Source: Candidatus Bathyarchaeota archaeon
GTDB taxonomy: Archaea > Thermoproteota > Bathyarchaeia > Bathyarchaeales > Bathycorpusculaceae
NCBI GenBank assembly: GCA_963733095.1
Contig: CAVTBV010000013.1
Coordinates: 416,001-480,000 of the forward strand
Direction of reading: 5' to 3'
DNA length: 64,000 nt
The position numbers and the translations under genes were made by a program. The notes under the pieces were generated by a model. That model did no database searches, had not been told where the DNA came from, and saw only the letters and a program-made list of their open reading frames with translations. Below, in pieces: positions 1 to 10,797 of this stretch (its first letter is position 1; each line of letters opens with the position of its first letter).

Positions 1-2
1 TA

Positions 3-1313
3 GATCTAATCGATAATGCTAGTAGCCAGTTAGCGGAAGCTTCATCAAACATTTCCAGTAGCCTAGATGAGGTTTCAAATTCGAGTAGTCAATTGGCTTC
101 TGCCTCTGAATCGACCGTGCCGCCTTTATCGGAGAGTGAGCAGGCTCAGATGCAATTGGCTTCTGCAGCGGTGACGTTGAAGGATGCACAGGCAACTTTG
201 ACATCCACCACTGAGAACCTGAATGCCGCTATTCGCAAGAACGGGTCCGATAGCGAAGAGGCTGCTGTTGCTCTTCGGGATTTTACAACTGCCCAGGAGA
301 ACGTTAAGGATAGCCAAAGTGAGCTTAATTCGATTACCAAGCAGAGTTCAGGTTCTCTAAAGGGATTTGCTCTTGGTGCTTCTGGAGCTGCAACTGCAGG
401 CTTTAGCCTGTATAGTAGTTTTGACCGGATTGAGAAAGCGGAGCTTGCAGTTGATCGAGCTAATTTGCAGGTGCGCACTTCAACTAAGGGGGTCGAGGAT
501 GCCCAGCGTAACCTCAATGAAGCCGTTGTTGAGCACGGGGCGAATAGTGCCGAAGCTAAAGCCGCGTCAGAGCAGCTAAGCATTGCCCAAGAGCGTCTTG
601 AGATAGCCAACGAGCGAGCTAAGCAGTCGCAGGACAACGTCAATCAAGCAATGATGACCAGTGCAATACAGATTATTCCTTCCGCCATCACCATGGTCGA
701 TAGTCTGAGTAGAGCTTGGAAGAATTTTCCCGAAATGACAGGCGTTCTAAAGACTCTTGGCACCAACGTTTCTGACGTTGGTAGCAAGGCGACTCTTGCA
801 GCTATTGGGGTGGGTTCTTTTGTCGGTGGCTTCACGTTGGGGGTTACGGTGATTAAGCAGTTTGGCGACCAGTTGGGTCCGGTTGGACGGGCTCTAATGG
901 TTGTTGTTCCCGCAATTATTGCGGCTGCAGCTGCAGTTTGGATGCTTCAAGAAGGCATAACCTTGGGCGTTGCCACCGCGGCTTTGGTTGCTTCTGGTAT
1001 TGCTGTTGGCGCTATGGTTGCGAACCTTCAGAATTACGGAAACGTCATTGGCTTAGCAGGAGGCGGAGTCATAACCAAGCCCACATATGCTTTGGTTGGG
1101 GAGGCTGGTCCGGAGATTGTTATGCCTCTTTCTCAGTATGAAAGCCAACGTAGCCAACAAACCACTCAGCCTAGCACCATGACAGGGCCTAATGTCACTT
1201 ACCTAACTTTCAATCAAAACATAAATGGCAACATCGAGACCGAGGCAGATGAGGAACGCCTCGCCCAAAAAACCATCGACAAACTGGATTACGAATTAAC
1301 CAACAGGAGGTAG
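3..1313 (+). CDS. Tail tape measure protein (5'-partial)
   Basis: Frame is open from base 3 (DLIDNASSQL). Ala/Ser-rich coiled coil, hydrophobic segment and the tape-measure C-terminal motif LAGGGVITKPTYALVGEAGPEIVMPL. Confidence 0.85.
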   Translation, partial: DLIDNASSQLAEASSNISSSLDEVSNSSSQLASASESTVPPLSESEQAQMQLASAAVTLKDAQATLTSTTENLNAAIRKNGSDSEEAAVALRDFTTAQENVKDSQSELNSITKQSSGSLKGFALGASGAATAGFSLYSSFDRIEKAELAVDRANLQVRTSTKGVEDAQRNLNEAVVEHGANSAEAKAASEQLSIAQERLEIANERAKQSQDNVNQAMMTSAIQIIPSAITMVDSLSRAWKNFPEMTGVLKTLGTNVSDVGSKATLAAIGVGSFVGGFTLGVTVIKQFGDQLGPVGRALMVVVPAIIAAAAAVWMLQEGITLGVATAALVASGIAVGAMVANLQNYGNVIGLAGGGVITKPTYALVGEAGPEIVMPLSQYESQRSQQTTQPSTMTGPNVTYLTFNQNINGNIETEADEERLAQKTIDKLDYELTNRR

Positions 1314-1332
1314 TACAACGGCAACTCTGATA

Positions 1333-1821
1333 GTGGACAATTTGAATAAGACGGTGGATGACTATCAAGGTTTTTGGAGCGATAACCCTTACGAAACCGG
1401 CATGGGCTGGCAATTCAGAATCGTATCTCCTACCACATTCTCAAGAATAGTCACTAAATTAAGAGCTATTAGCGAAGGCTCAACTCCTGCTTCTGGAAGC
1501 TTAATTGCCTACATTTACTCTAGCGATGGTTCTTTTCGAAGTACAGCCGCCTATGCCGACGCTTTGATTGCAGCAAGCCTAAACAGCATTGATATCGGGA
1601 ACCTTAATTCAAGCTGGTCGGAGCAAGACTTCAACTTTGACGACGTCGAGTTGGAGCCAGGTATCTATTTTTTCTGTCTCAAAACAAGCAGCTACGTTAG
1701 AAATGATGGTTATCTTCAAGTGGCGATAACATCGGGTTCGTCGTCTCTTGTTGGTTCTTGGACTTATTGGGATAGCGATGGAGCGGGCGGGGGGTATTGG
1801 TATTCGGAGGATGAGGACTGA
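1333..1821 (+). CDS. Putative virion/tail protein, beta-sandwich
   Basis: 162 aa ORF directly after the tape measure gene; beta-strand/aromatic-rich. Confidence 0.5.
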   Translation: MDNLNKTVDDYQGFWSDNPYETGMGWQFRIVSPTTFSRIVTKLRAISEGSTPASGSLIAYIYSSDGSFRSTAAYADALIAASLNSIDIGNLNSSWSEQDFNFDDVELEPGIYFFCLKTSSYVRNDGYLQVAITSGSSSLVGSWTYWDSDGAGGGYWYSEDED

Positions 1822-2252
1822 TGAGTTGGTGGGCGGGAGTCTTTGGCATCTACGGATCACAGCAGCCAGTCACCTCTTGGAGCATCGGCGGCGTCGATTT
1901 GCCTTATGGACCTGAAAGCATCCGATTGCCCGCATCAGCGCAAAAAGACAGCGTAAATGTTACCTCTTCGCTGCCAATCAATATCTACGACGGCCTAAAA
2001 GAATGCACACTCACATTAACAGGAACCATAGCCAACCCAACATTGACTGACGCCGAGCTCTGGAGCAAAATCATTGTGCCCCTACAAGCATTGATTGGAA
2101 CTGAAGTAACCCTCTTGTGTCCCATAGTTGCGCTGGTAGGCGAGTATGGTTTTGACAGCTTCAACGTTGAACGCGATACAAAGTTGGCGATTTACAGGTA
2201 TACCATAAAGTTGAGCAAGGGCTCACTGAATTTGGTGGAGGCGACTTATTAG
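1821..2252 (+). CDS. Distal tail (Dit-like) protein
   Basis: Position after the tape measure gene; TLTLTGTI ... YRYTIKL pattern typical of Dit/tail-tube-like folds; TGATG overlap. Confidence 0.55.
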   Translation: MSWWAGVFGIYGSQQPVTSWSIGGVDLPYGPESIRLPASAQKDSVNVTSSLPINIYDGLKECTLTLTGTIANPTLTDAELWSKIIVPLQALIGTEVTLLCPIVALVGEYGFDSFNVERDTKLAIYRYTIKLSKGSLNLVEATY

Positions 2253-3891
2253 ATGGGTTGGGTTGCGCTTTGGTATAATCCAGACACAGACGAAGAGGGG
2301 CAGTTTGTTGGCGCAAAAATTGAGCAAATTTTAGAGGAGATCACTCCCGAGAGCTATGCTACCTTCAAAGTCCCCAAAACCTACGAGTACCTAAACATAG
2401 CAAGAGACATCCGCTATCCAAGCAACCAATACTACGCGGGCTTATGGTACCCCGATCCAATGCGATCCCCAATTTATCAAGGCACCCTTGTCGGAGCGCA
2501 GCTTGAAGGCAAATTCATTAAATTTACGATTGTGGATGGGGCAGTCATAAAACTGGACCGCTCCGAGCCCTACACTGGCGTCTTTGATGAAACCCCAGCG
2601 GTCGATATGCTCTTAGAAATATTTGAGGATCTGGACTTGGATGTCTCAATTGGAGATTGTCCCTCAACAGAGATGTCTGTTGTTTTCTACAACGCAAACC
2701 CGCTTGACATTGTCAAGTTTGTTGCTGACGCTTTGGGCTTGGAGTATTGGGGGGATGGATATCAGACAATTAACATCGGTTCGCGAGGTCTTAATCAATG
2801 GTATCCCAATTACCAGCGGGTTTTCGCTGACACCAGCGGGGTAGATTCCTCGAAGAATTATGATCGGGTGATTGTGCGGGGCGTGGATTTGATGGGTCGA
2901 CATATCCGTGGCGTCGCAGGAGAGGGATCAAACGTTAAGACGACTTAGCGAATCTAACCCCTGCGAAGCGGAGGTTTTAAACAATATGGCAGCCAAAAAA
3001 CTCGCTGAACTGAACAATTCCTCGATTGGGGCGCCAATCTCATTTCTAAATTCTGACTCGTATGATTGGCGGGTAGGCGACTACGTTTATGTTTGGCGAG
3101 ATGATTTGCTTATTTTCTCAGATCAAAACTCCTCGCGTATAATGCAATTAACGCGAACGCCAACCAAAGCTACATGCCAACTGGGACGTCTCAAAGAGTC
3201 GGTAGCCAAGAATATTGCGGATCTTCGGCGTTGGGAAGAGCAGGGCATCTATTTACCTGGCTGCACGAGCTGGACCATAAACTTACAGGACCTCGTGGGA
3301 TTCTACCATCTAAATGAAGGCTCGGGAGTGGTTGCTCGAGATTCGAGCCCACGAGTTGATCCGCAAGATGGAAACATTGTTAACTGTGCCTGGCAGCAAA
3401 ATCAATACCTAAAATTCCTCACATTCAACGGCGGATCGTCTTATGTTGATATTGGAGACTCAATCACCTTCCAGTCAACAGGCAAATTTAGCGTTGGCGG
3501 CTGGATAAGCCCTTCAGTGCAAGACGGAAATAGCCGTAACATAATCCATAAAGACGGCCAATTTACCCTCAAAGTGGTAAACGGAACCGTCATTCTCATA
3601 GTCTACGATTCAGGCGGCACTCCTCACATTTTCACGACTGCGTCAATTGTAACGGTGGGCGGTCGCAACTTTGTCATGGCAACATACGATGGGACTACCA
3701 TCCGAATTTATCGAAATACCAAAGTTGTCCTCGAACAAAACATCGGCATGTCAATTCACTCATCGACAAACAAAGTCTACATTGGCATGGGTTTTCAGGG
3801 TGCCCTTGGCGAAGTGATGCTTTGGCAGCGCTGCCTATATGATCAGGAGGTGGTGGAGCTTTACTTTTTTCCCCTTGTCCGAACTGTATAG
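2253..3891 (+). pseudogene. Tail hub/baseplate protein fused to a LamG (laminin G/ConA-like) domain, split by a frameshift near 2940
   Basis: ORFs 2253-2948 and 2908-3891 overlap in different frames. NYDRVIVRG hub motif; LamG motifs LVGFYHLNEGSG, LTFNGGSSYV, ATYDG, FQGALGEV. Confidence 0.7.
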
Positions 3892-4282
3892 CTGGGTAGA
3901 AGTAGAAGTTGCAAACTCCACCCGCCATTTCCCCTATACCTACCAGCGCCTAATGCGAATTCGGCATCATCAATATCCGCCATAATGGAATCCGTTGGGA
4001 ATGCGTCACTTGCAGTACCCAAGTACTATTGCTCCATGAGCAAAAAGGCACATTCATACAACCAAGTTGCCTCCTACAACCCCAACGACAGCTTGGTCTT
4101 CGATGTAAATCCATTCAACCGGGAGATATTCCAGTAATGCCCATAACACATCATACCCAAGCGGTAACTCCTGGAAAGATCCCATGGCAATCCTACAACG
4201 AAAACCATGACTATAGCAACTTAGATGCTTCAACCCTCAACGGATCCACAAAAGTCAGATAATCGAGGAAGCACAAGAGGGT

Positions 4283-5216
4283 ATGGGCGGCGGAGAACCA
4301 GGCGAAACAACCATCATTGACAAACCTACTGGTGTTCAGTTTTTCAAGGGCATGATTCTTCTGTGGTCGGGTAAAATAGGCGATATCCCCAACGGATGGC
4401 ACCTATGCGACGGCACAGAAGGGGACTCCAGACTTAACGGATCGATTCATCAAAGGTGCCTCAAGCGACTCTGACATCGGCGACACAGGCGGAAAAACAA
4501 CCCTTCAGCATAGCGAATTAGATATCGAGGTCAATGTTGCCGACCATTCAAGCCACATCCACACTTATAGCGATGTTCTAGAGCATACTCACCCAATAAC
4601 TGACCCTGGACATTCGCACAACGAAGGCTACAGAAACTCGGGCACAGCAGGTACAGCAGGCGTTCAAGGTTGCAGTTCAGCAAACAACGCCTATATCGCA
4701 AACGGCATTCAAGGTAAAACAACAGGCATCACAGTTGACAACCCAGCTGGCGCCCTCGCTCAAGGTGAAACCGACGGCACAACCCTAAATCATGAGGTCA
4801 GCGTAGAGGTTGATTCGCTTAAACCGCACGTGTGTGTTGAGCCGCCCTTCTACAAATTAGCATTCATCATGTTCATTGGAGGTGAAAATTTGACAGATTG
4901 CATCATTAGAGTGTTCTGTTCTCTCCCATCTAACACGGGCGTGGAGGTTGGAGATGATACAGTTGAGCGAGGAGTATATGACGAATCAGGCGACGGATCG
5001 CAGAAAGTCCAGACGTTTGTAGTGCAAAAAGGCTCAATTCTAAACTTGCAGCTCTACAACAACTCTGGAAGCGACAAAGTCCTTGGCTTCGAATATGAAA
5101 GCGCAGAAGATGGACGCACACACGGAGAAGGGATCACCTCGATACCAAATGAAAACGGTAGAACCTTCAAGTTTGTTGCTGATCAGAGCGGAGATCTCTG
5201 GATATACGAGGATTAG
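4283..5216 (+). pseudogene. Tail-collar-domain tail fibre protein with a 1-nt insertion in the G-run at ~4421
   Basis: GMILLWSG..IPNGWHLCDGTEG. Removing one G gives TPDLTDRFIKGA...HTHPITDPGHSH...PPFYKLAFIM, read continuously into ORF 4830-5216. Confidence 0.75.
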
Positions 5217-5226
5217 GTGACTTGGA

Positions 5227-6045
5227 ATGCCTGTGACTCTACAATTCACTGCAGATGTTTTGGAACCCGACCTCTACAATGACGTGCAGGGGTTGCCCGA
5301 TCCCTTTGGCATGGCTGTTATGGTTGGGATAAGCAACACCTACACCGCTGGGCTTTATTTCAGGGTTAGGCTTGTTTCACCGCCCGCCGACTACACAGTC
5401 TACCAGGTTAACCTTGGATTGCTCAACGCCGGAAGCTCAAGCATCTACTCCCCAATTTTCACAAGAAACATCCCAACATTAACCGCTGGCGAATACGACG
5501 AAACCGTAACCATGAGACTCGAAGCATTCTCAGACGCAGGGTACTCGGTTCCATACGGGTCAAAAGACCTCTCAGTTAATATTCACCACTTCGACCACTT
5601 AGATCCTGCTTGGACAGTTATAGAGCACGCTGATTTCAATGGAAGCATGAACGGCTGGAGCCTCTACTCAGCCCAAGGCGGCTACGACACAACATACTTC
5701 TACTCCTCACCCTCATCAGTCCGCGTAACATATACAGGCAGCTCAAACTATGGACCAGGCTACCTCAAAAAAACAATCACCGTCGGCGCTTACTCAAAAG
5801 CACGGCTGGTTATCCATCACTATGGCAGAAGTGGAAGCGACTACCAAAACAACGACGACTTCGAACTCACTGTCGCGGGGGTTCTTAAAAAGCAAAGACC
5901 CCTACCGTTACCCTACAATCAATGGAACCGCTTATGCTTTAACATGCCAGTTAACCAATCGTCTGAAATCTACTTCTGGATAGGCGGCCACCTCTACCAT
6001 TATCCCATGTATTACGTCGACGAAATCTGGGTCATCGCAAAATAG
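5227..6045 (+). CDS. Putative tail adhesin/receptor-binding protein with a C-terminal carbohydrate-binding-like jelly roll
   Basis: Last gene of the tail module; DFNGSMNGW ... YYVDEIWVIAK pattern typical of CBM-like domains. Confidence 0.6.
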   Translation: MPVTLQFTADVLEPDLYNDVQGLPDPFGMAVMVGISNTYTAGLYFRVRLVSPPADYTVYQVNLGLLNAGSSSIYSPIFTRNIPTLTAGEYDETVTMRLEAFSDAGYSVPYGSKDLSVNIHHFDHLDPAWTVIEHADFNGSMNGWSLYSAQGGYDTTYFYSSPSSVRVTYTGSSNYGPGYLKKTITVGAYSKARLVIHHYGRSGSDYQNNDDFELTVAGVLKKQRPLPLPYNQWNRLCFNMPVNQSSEIYFWIGGHLYHYPMYYVDEIWVIAK

Positions 6046-6114
6046 CATTAAACGCTTTTGTTGGCACGTTTGCCATAAACATATAGGCGCATTTGTAATG
6101 CGCTATATGCTTTT

Positions 6115-7071
6115 TTATAAGTCTGTTTGAAGTGATGACAAGACAGCAGGGTGTTTGCGTTTCTTGAAGCAAACCAGCAGACCTACACCTGCAACAGCCA
6201 CTGATACAACGATTACTATGACCAAGGTTGTAAGGAACGGCTCTGTTTTTGGTGGTTCGGGACCAGTATTAATGGTTGGATACGGTGTCAAAGTCGGCGT
6301 TGTCGGGATGCCAAAGTTAGGAATTTCGAAATCGGTTATCGGATTGACCAATGGGTGGTAGTCAATGCTTCTGTTAGTTGCCCAAGTGACTTCATCCACA
6401 TAGGGCGTGTCCCAGATTCCCAACCCAACAACTTCAGAGGCGTTTGGGTATTTGGAGGTGTAGTTGCTCCAGTAGTTCCTATCAACAAATGGTGCATCCG
6501 ATAAGTCAACAAGTGTGCCACTATCGAAGAAGTTGTTTTCAGTAATGATATCAAGCCCACCATGATTATAATCAACAAAAATTCTTGAATTCATGAACAC
6601 ATTACGCTCAACTATATTTCCCACTCCGCTACCGCCTAGAATGTGTATGCCTGCACTTTCAAAGCGGTTGCCGATGAAACTGTTATTGTTTGACGGCGTG
6701 TAAATGCCTTCCAAGAAATTACTAATTCGCAGATTCTTCACCAAGACGTTACCATAAGCATTGACTGTTTCATCATGCCCCACCAGATTTATCCCTCTCA
6801 CGTTTACTGTCTGGTTGCCTTCAAGGGTATGTCCTGCTCCGTCGATTGTAATTCCTGCTTTTTGAACTGTTATGGTGCCAAAAAAATCCACTACAAAGGT
6901 GTAGGTGCTCCCGTTTCTTTGAAGCCAAATGAAATCAGTGTCTGGTTCAATGCTTCCATCTGGCTTGATTGTTAGGTTTAGTGGTTCTTGTTCTTGCGCT
7001 TTAACTGGTAAGGCGAGGATTGAAAGAGAAACTATAAGGCACACAGTAACTAAAGCAATGCAGGCTTTCAT
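6115..7071 (-). CDS. Secreted right-handed beta-helix (NosD-like) surface protein with C-terminal TM anchor
   Basis: Signal peptide, ITIDGAGHTL, NYWSNY...GIWDTPY...DYHPL, Pro/Thr linker, TM helix plus basic tail. Confidence 0.8.
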   Translation of the reverse strand: MKACIALVTVCLIVSLSILALPVKAQEQEPLNLTIKPDGSIEPDTDFIWLQRNGSTYTFVVDFFGTITVQKAGITIDGAGHTLEGNQTVNVRGINLVGHDETVNAYGNVLVKNLRISNFLEGIYTPSNNNSFIGNRFESAGIHILGGSGVGNIVERNVFMNSRIFVDYNHGGLDIITENNFFDSGTLVDLSDAPFVDRNYWSNYTSKYPNASEVVGLGIWDTPYVDEVTWATNRSIDYHPLVNPITDFEIPNFGIPTTPTLTPYPTINTGPEPPKTEPFLTTLVIVIVVSVAVAGVGLLVCFKKRKHPAVLSSLQTDL

Positions 7072-7282
7072 TTCTTATCTGAAAATAGTCATGAAGTTTT
7101 CGTCTTATAGGTATTTTCGTCAAGGAACATTGACTAAGCACTCAACTAAAGCGGGCGGTTTTTTTAGTCAAACTTTATTGACTAAGACTAACTAAACATT
7201 AGAACAGTTTAGGATAGGGATAGAAATAAGAGCTTTGACACCATGTTTAGCGATGATTAGGTGGCTTAAGGTTGGCTATTGA

Positions 7283-8839
7283 ATGAAACATAAAGTGATA
7301 TTTGCCACTGTTACGGTGCTCCTAATAGTATTAGTGTCAGCAACCGCCGTTATTGTTAACAACGCACCAACCAAAAATGACTCAACCCGTGTTGGTGTAA
7401 CTTTCGGCGGAGACAATAGCGCCGACGCGAAACTGCTGATTGATAGAGTCAAAGGTTATACTAACTTGTTTGTTGTGGCATCAGGTCCTCTAGAGTACAA
7501 TAGTTCTGAATTAGAGAATACATGCGATTATGCTGTTACGTCAGGGTTAGATATCATCGTTTACTTTGGTTCCTACGAGGCGCAGAGAAATATAACTGCT
7601 TCCTTCATTGACACTGCACAAAGTCGCTGGGGAAGCCATTTCTTGGGCGTATACTATGGGGATGAGCCTAGCGGAAAAGCGCTCGATGGAATCATGCGGT
7701 TAGATAACGTCCCCAACATAGGTAATGTGTCAGTAAGCAGCCATGACCTTACCGTTAGCCAAACCTCTGGTTCAATCATGACAAGTAAATCATTCATGTA
7801 TAGTCCTGATTTTTCAGGACAAATTAACGTACAATGTGTTGACTTTGCTGCGGGGAATTCCACAATGATTAATTATTTTCCGAACGGAACAATCGCTCTC
7901 GCCAAAAACAATGAGTATTTGATTTACTTGACAAACGGAACCGTGTTCAAACAAATAAGCTTTCCAAGCGCATTTCCGAACCCGAATAATGAATCCTGGG
8001 CATCAAATGGAACTGTCCTCATTCAAGAAGGCCCGTTTCCTACTCACTCGGTTTCTCCCCCCTCATTTATAGCTGTGACGGATAGAGGCGATATTTCTCA
8101 GTTCGAACCATACCAGCAACTCTGGGATTCACGTCCATTCCAAACAACAGATGACTTATCAGCAGTAGCTACATCATATGTAAAAACCCAGCAAGCGACA
8201 ACAGATTGGATAGTCAACCAAGGCAAGGTTAACCTCTTCACTTCTGATTATGTCCTTCACTGGTGGGATTATCAGGTCGGATATGACACCGTTTTTGCTG
8301 AGCTTGGCTGGAATAACACTGCTGCGCAAGAAATCGACTTAGTAAGAGGTGCGGCGAATCTGCAGGGCAAAGATTGGGGCACAATCATAGATTGGAAATA
8401 TAATCAGCCGCCCTATTTACCCAGCGGAAATGAGATGTACAATCAAATGCTCCTGTCCTATCAATGTGGCGCTAAGTACATTGTAGTTTTCAATTACTCT
8501 GAAAACATGACTGACCCTTATGGAACTTTGCAGAATGAGCATTTCCAAGCACTTCAACGGTTCTGGACTGATGTAGTGAAAAACCCCCAGGTAGTTAATG
8601 GTGAAATCAAGTCTGAGGCAGTTTTTGTTTTGCCTAGTAACTATGGGTGGGGCATGCGGAACCCGCAGGATAGTATTTGGGGCTTATGGGCTCCAAATGC
8701 TACTTCAGAGCAAATCTGGACCCAGCTTCAAAGCAGACTTACACAATACGGCTCAAAGCTGGACATAGTCTACGACGACGCAGCTTATCCTGTTGCTGAA
8801 AAATATAATCAGATTTATTCCTGGAATCAAACAACCTAA
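7283..8839 (+). CDS. Secreted/membrane-anchored hypothetical protein (possible glycoside-hydrolase-like TIM barrel)
   Basis: 518 aa; N-terminal TM; GVYYGDEP motif. Confidence 0.6.
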   Translation: MKHKVIFATVTVLLIVLVSATAVIVNNAPTKNDSTRVGVTFGGDNSADAKLLIDRVKGYTNLFVVASGPLEYNSSELENTCDYAVTSGLDIIVYFGSYEAQRNITASFIDTAQSRWGSHFLGVYYGDEPSGKALDGIMRLDNVPNIGNVSVSSHDLTVSQTSGSIMTSKSFMYSPDFSGQINVQCVDFAAGNSTMINYFPNGTIALAKNNEYLIYLTNGTVFKQISFPSAFPNPNNESWASNGTVLIQEGPFPTHSVSPPSFIAVTDRGDISQFEPYQQLWDSRPFQTTDDLSAVATSYVKTQQATTDWIVNQGKVNLFTSDYVLHWWDYQVGYDTVFAELGWNNTAAQEIDLVRGAANLQGKDWGTIIDWKYNQPPYLPSGNEMYNQMLLSYQCGAKYIVVFNYSENMTDPYGTLQNEHFQALQRFWTDVVKNPQVVNGEIKSEAVFVLPSNYGWGMRNPQDSIWGLWAPNATSEQIWTQLQSRLTQYGSKLDIVYDDAAYPVAEKYNQIYSWNQTT

Positions 8840-9054
8840 AACCATTTGGTCTCTTAACTTTTTATTGATATCTATTCTTAGGGGTTGAAGCATTTGGACG
8901 CTTGTATCTTTAGATATGTTTTTAGGTGTTGTTTATCGGTAAAATCTTTTTTTTGGGCAGGCTGGGCTGCTGCTCTCTTCAAGCAAAAAACTTGAATTTT
9001 TATTTTTGTTTCGAACTTCTCTTTTCCGTTTGATGCTTTTTGGAGGTGATTTGT

Positions 9055-9249
9055 TTGGTTGATGCGATAGAGGTATCTGAGAATAAGGAAGCCCTAATCG
9101 TCTTGGCTGGCACCGTCGCCGGCGCTGTTGCTTCGTTTGTTGCTTCTTTGCCGATTCCGCTGGAGATCAAGACCCCCGCAGTCGCGTTAGCATCCACCGT
9201 GACCGGTGCGATCCTGCTCTACTGGAAAAACAAAGTTAACAGACAATAA
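9055..9249 (+). CDS. Small two-TM membrane protein, copy 1 (holin-like?)
   Basis: GGAGGTGA RBS at 9042-9049, TTG start; two hydrophobic helices and a basic C-terminus; near-identical to 14197-14406. Confidence 0.7.
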   Translation: MVDAIEVSENKEALIVLAGTVAGAVASFVASLPIPLEIKTPAVALASTVTGAILLYWKNKVNRQ

Positions 9250-9276
9250 GAAGGCCTTCCTGTTTTTTTGAGTCTG

Positions 9277-9552
9277 TCAGAGAAGTTTTGATAAGTCATC
9301 GTATACTTTTTTTCGGTGGCCTACAAAGAGCACAATCACTTGGTTATTTTCGGTGTTTATTTCGTAGATGGCTCGGTAGTCGCCCGACCTTACGCTCCAA
9401 AAATCTGAGGGATGCAATGGCTTTCCTGTTTTCCAAGGGTCAACTGCAAGTTCTCCAAGAATCTGTCTTATTCTCTTTTGGTTTAGTCCATCAAGCTTTC
9501 TCAATTCTTTAGCAGCGTTCGGATGCAACAAAACCTTGAAAACCAAGATCAA
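9277..9552 (-). CDS. relE: RelE/ParE family toxin
   Basis: AAKELRKLD...RSGDYRAIYEI...VLFVGHRKKVY. Confidence 0.9.
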   Translation of the reverse strand: MILVFKVLLHPNAAKELRKLDGLNQKRIRQILGELAVDPWKTGKPLHPSDFWSVRSGDYRAIYEINTENNQVIVLFVGHRKKVYDDLSKLL

Positions 9553-9803
9553 GCGTCCTCTAATGGAACCAGCGCTTCAGGATTTTTCTTTGCCTCTTCG
9601 CTTCGCTTGCTTAATAACTTGTAGAATGCACGGGTTTTCTCGCGTTCTTCATATAGGCTTATAATAGTTTTTATGGCGTCGCTACGACTCTTGAATTTAC
9701 CTTCTGCTACCCAACTGTCGATTTCAGCGATCATTTCCTCTGGGAGTCTCAACTGCACTTGTGCCATCAAATACACCTGTAAACAATACTGTTTACAATT
9801 CAT
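9549..9803 (-). CDS. Ribbon-helix-helix (CopG) antitoxin
   Basis: VQLRLPEEM...FKSRSDAIK; overlaps the toxin start; real start probably the internal ATG (MAQVQL). Confidence 0.85.
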   Translation of the reverse strand: MNCKQYCLQVYLMAQVQLRLPEEMIAEIDSWVAEGKFKSRSDAIKTIISLYEEREKTRAFYKLLSKRSEEAKKNPEALVPLEDA

Positions 9804-9829
9804 TTAAAAGTTTTGGCCGCTGGTTGAAT

Positions 9830-10073
9830 AACAACATGAAATTTTCGGCAGGAGACATAAAACTAAATGGCACGTCGGATGCCGTTTGGATGGATGAAAT
9901 CTGGTTCATGGCAAGCGCGCGTTCTAGTGACCATTATCCTCCTGCTGAGCAATGGTGCCGAGAAACTTTCAACATCCCTTTGCTCTGCATCGACAAGTAT
10001 TAAGTTCGGGTTCTACTACACGTGGGATGCGCATGGCGATTATGTTGATGATTTATGGGTCATAGCCAAATAG
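9830..10073 (+). pseudogene. Two orphan C-terminal fragments paralogous to the tail adhesin at 5227-6045
   Basis: WMDEIWFMA, then QWCRETFNIPL..STSIKFG..YVDDLWVIAK* versus adhesin QWNRLCFNMPV..SSEIYFW..YVDEIWVIAK*. DNA after the stop is also similar (aaatagca(a/t)taa). Confidence 0.75.
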
Positions 10074-10174
10074 CAATAAGACTATCCCGCTTCAACCTGC
10101 TCAAGCTACTGGTTTTTCGATACCTAACTATTACAGCCATAGAAACATCGATAGGAGCAAACTCAAAATTGCTT

Positions 10175-10687
10175 TTACTTAAATATGTAAGGCGGCGGTG
10201 AAGAAACTGGAACAGGGACTTCTTGGTTAGTCGTAGGTGAAGGCGGGATAGAGGGAGTAGCGATAGGCGAAATTATTGGCTTAGAGTTTGAGATTGTCGA
10301 CTTGACGTATAGGGTTAATTGGTGTGAAGTTACATTTACGTTGCTTACCACGATTTGCAGCCCCTCAAAACTGTATTTAGCTCCTTGAATGGCTCTGAAA
10401 CTTTGGTTTGAGTAAATAATTAGTGTTTGTTCTGTTGTAATGTGGAAAAAAGCGTCAGGAGGGGCACCTATTATGGGAGCGCCTCCATCAGATTTTCCAA
10501 CTAAGTAAAAGAGTATATAATACGAAGTGCTGCCAAATTTTACAGAGGTTGGCGGGTAAGAATAAGGGGTTAAAGTAATTTTACTATAACCTAAGAGCGT
10601 ATTAGCTACAAAGAGTTCAATGCCAACGACCGCTATGACAACTACTGCCAATAAGATGGCGACCGTTACAATTTTTCTCTTTGGCAT
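10175..10687 (-). CDS. Membrane-anchored hypothetical protein with Pro-rich tail
   Basis: N-terminal TM helix; 170 aa. Confidence 0.65.
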   Translation of the reverse strand: MPKRKIVTVAILLAVVVIAVVGIELFVANTLLGYSKITLTPYSYPPTSVKFGSTSYYILFYLVGKSDGGAPIIGAPPDAFFHITTEQTLIIYSNQSFRAIQGAKYSFEGLQIVVSNVNVTSHQLTLYVKSTISNSKPIISPIATPSIPPSPTTNQEVPVPVSSPPPYIFK

Positions 10688-10797
10688 TCAATCGCTTCCT
10701 CTGTTTCCAGTTGTGCTTTCTATTTCAATACCAATTTTACCCATGCTTAACATTAGGTAATGGAGTCGATAAAAGCCTATTCGTAAAGGATCCTTAA

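Larger units (their letters stand above)
1..6045 (+). mobile_element. Provirus tail morphogenesis module (siphovirus-like, non-contractile); left part lies outside the window
   Basis: Co-oriented, abutting genes in canonical order: tape measure, Dit-like, hub/LamG, tail collar, adhesin. Several frameshifts. Confidence 0.8.

Noticed and set aside
4415-4430. Programmed ribosomal frameshift in the tail-collar gene
   Set aside because: No X XXY YYZ slippery heptamer; the shift falls inside a conserved domain and resembles other indels in the window.
5900-10073. Diversity-generating retroelement (adhesin end as VR, 9830-10073 as TR)
   Set aside because: Differences are not confined to adenines, the copies are too divergent, and no reverse transcriptase is in the window.
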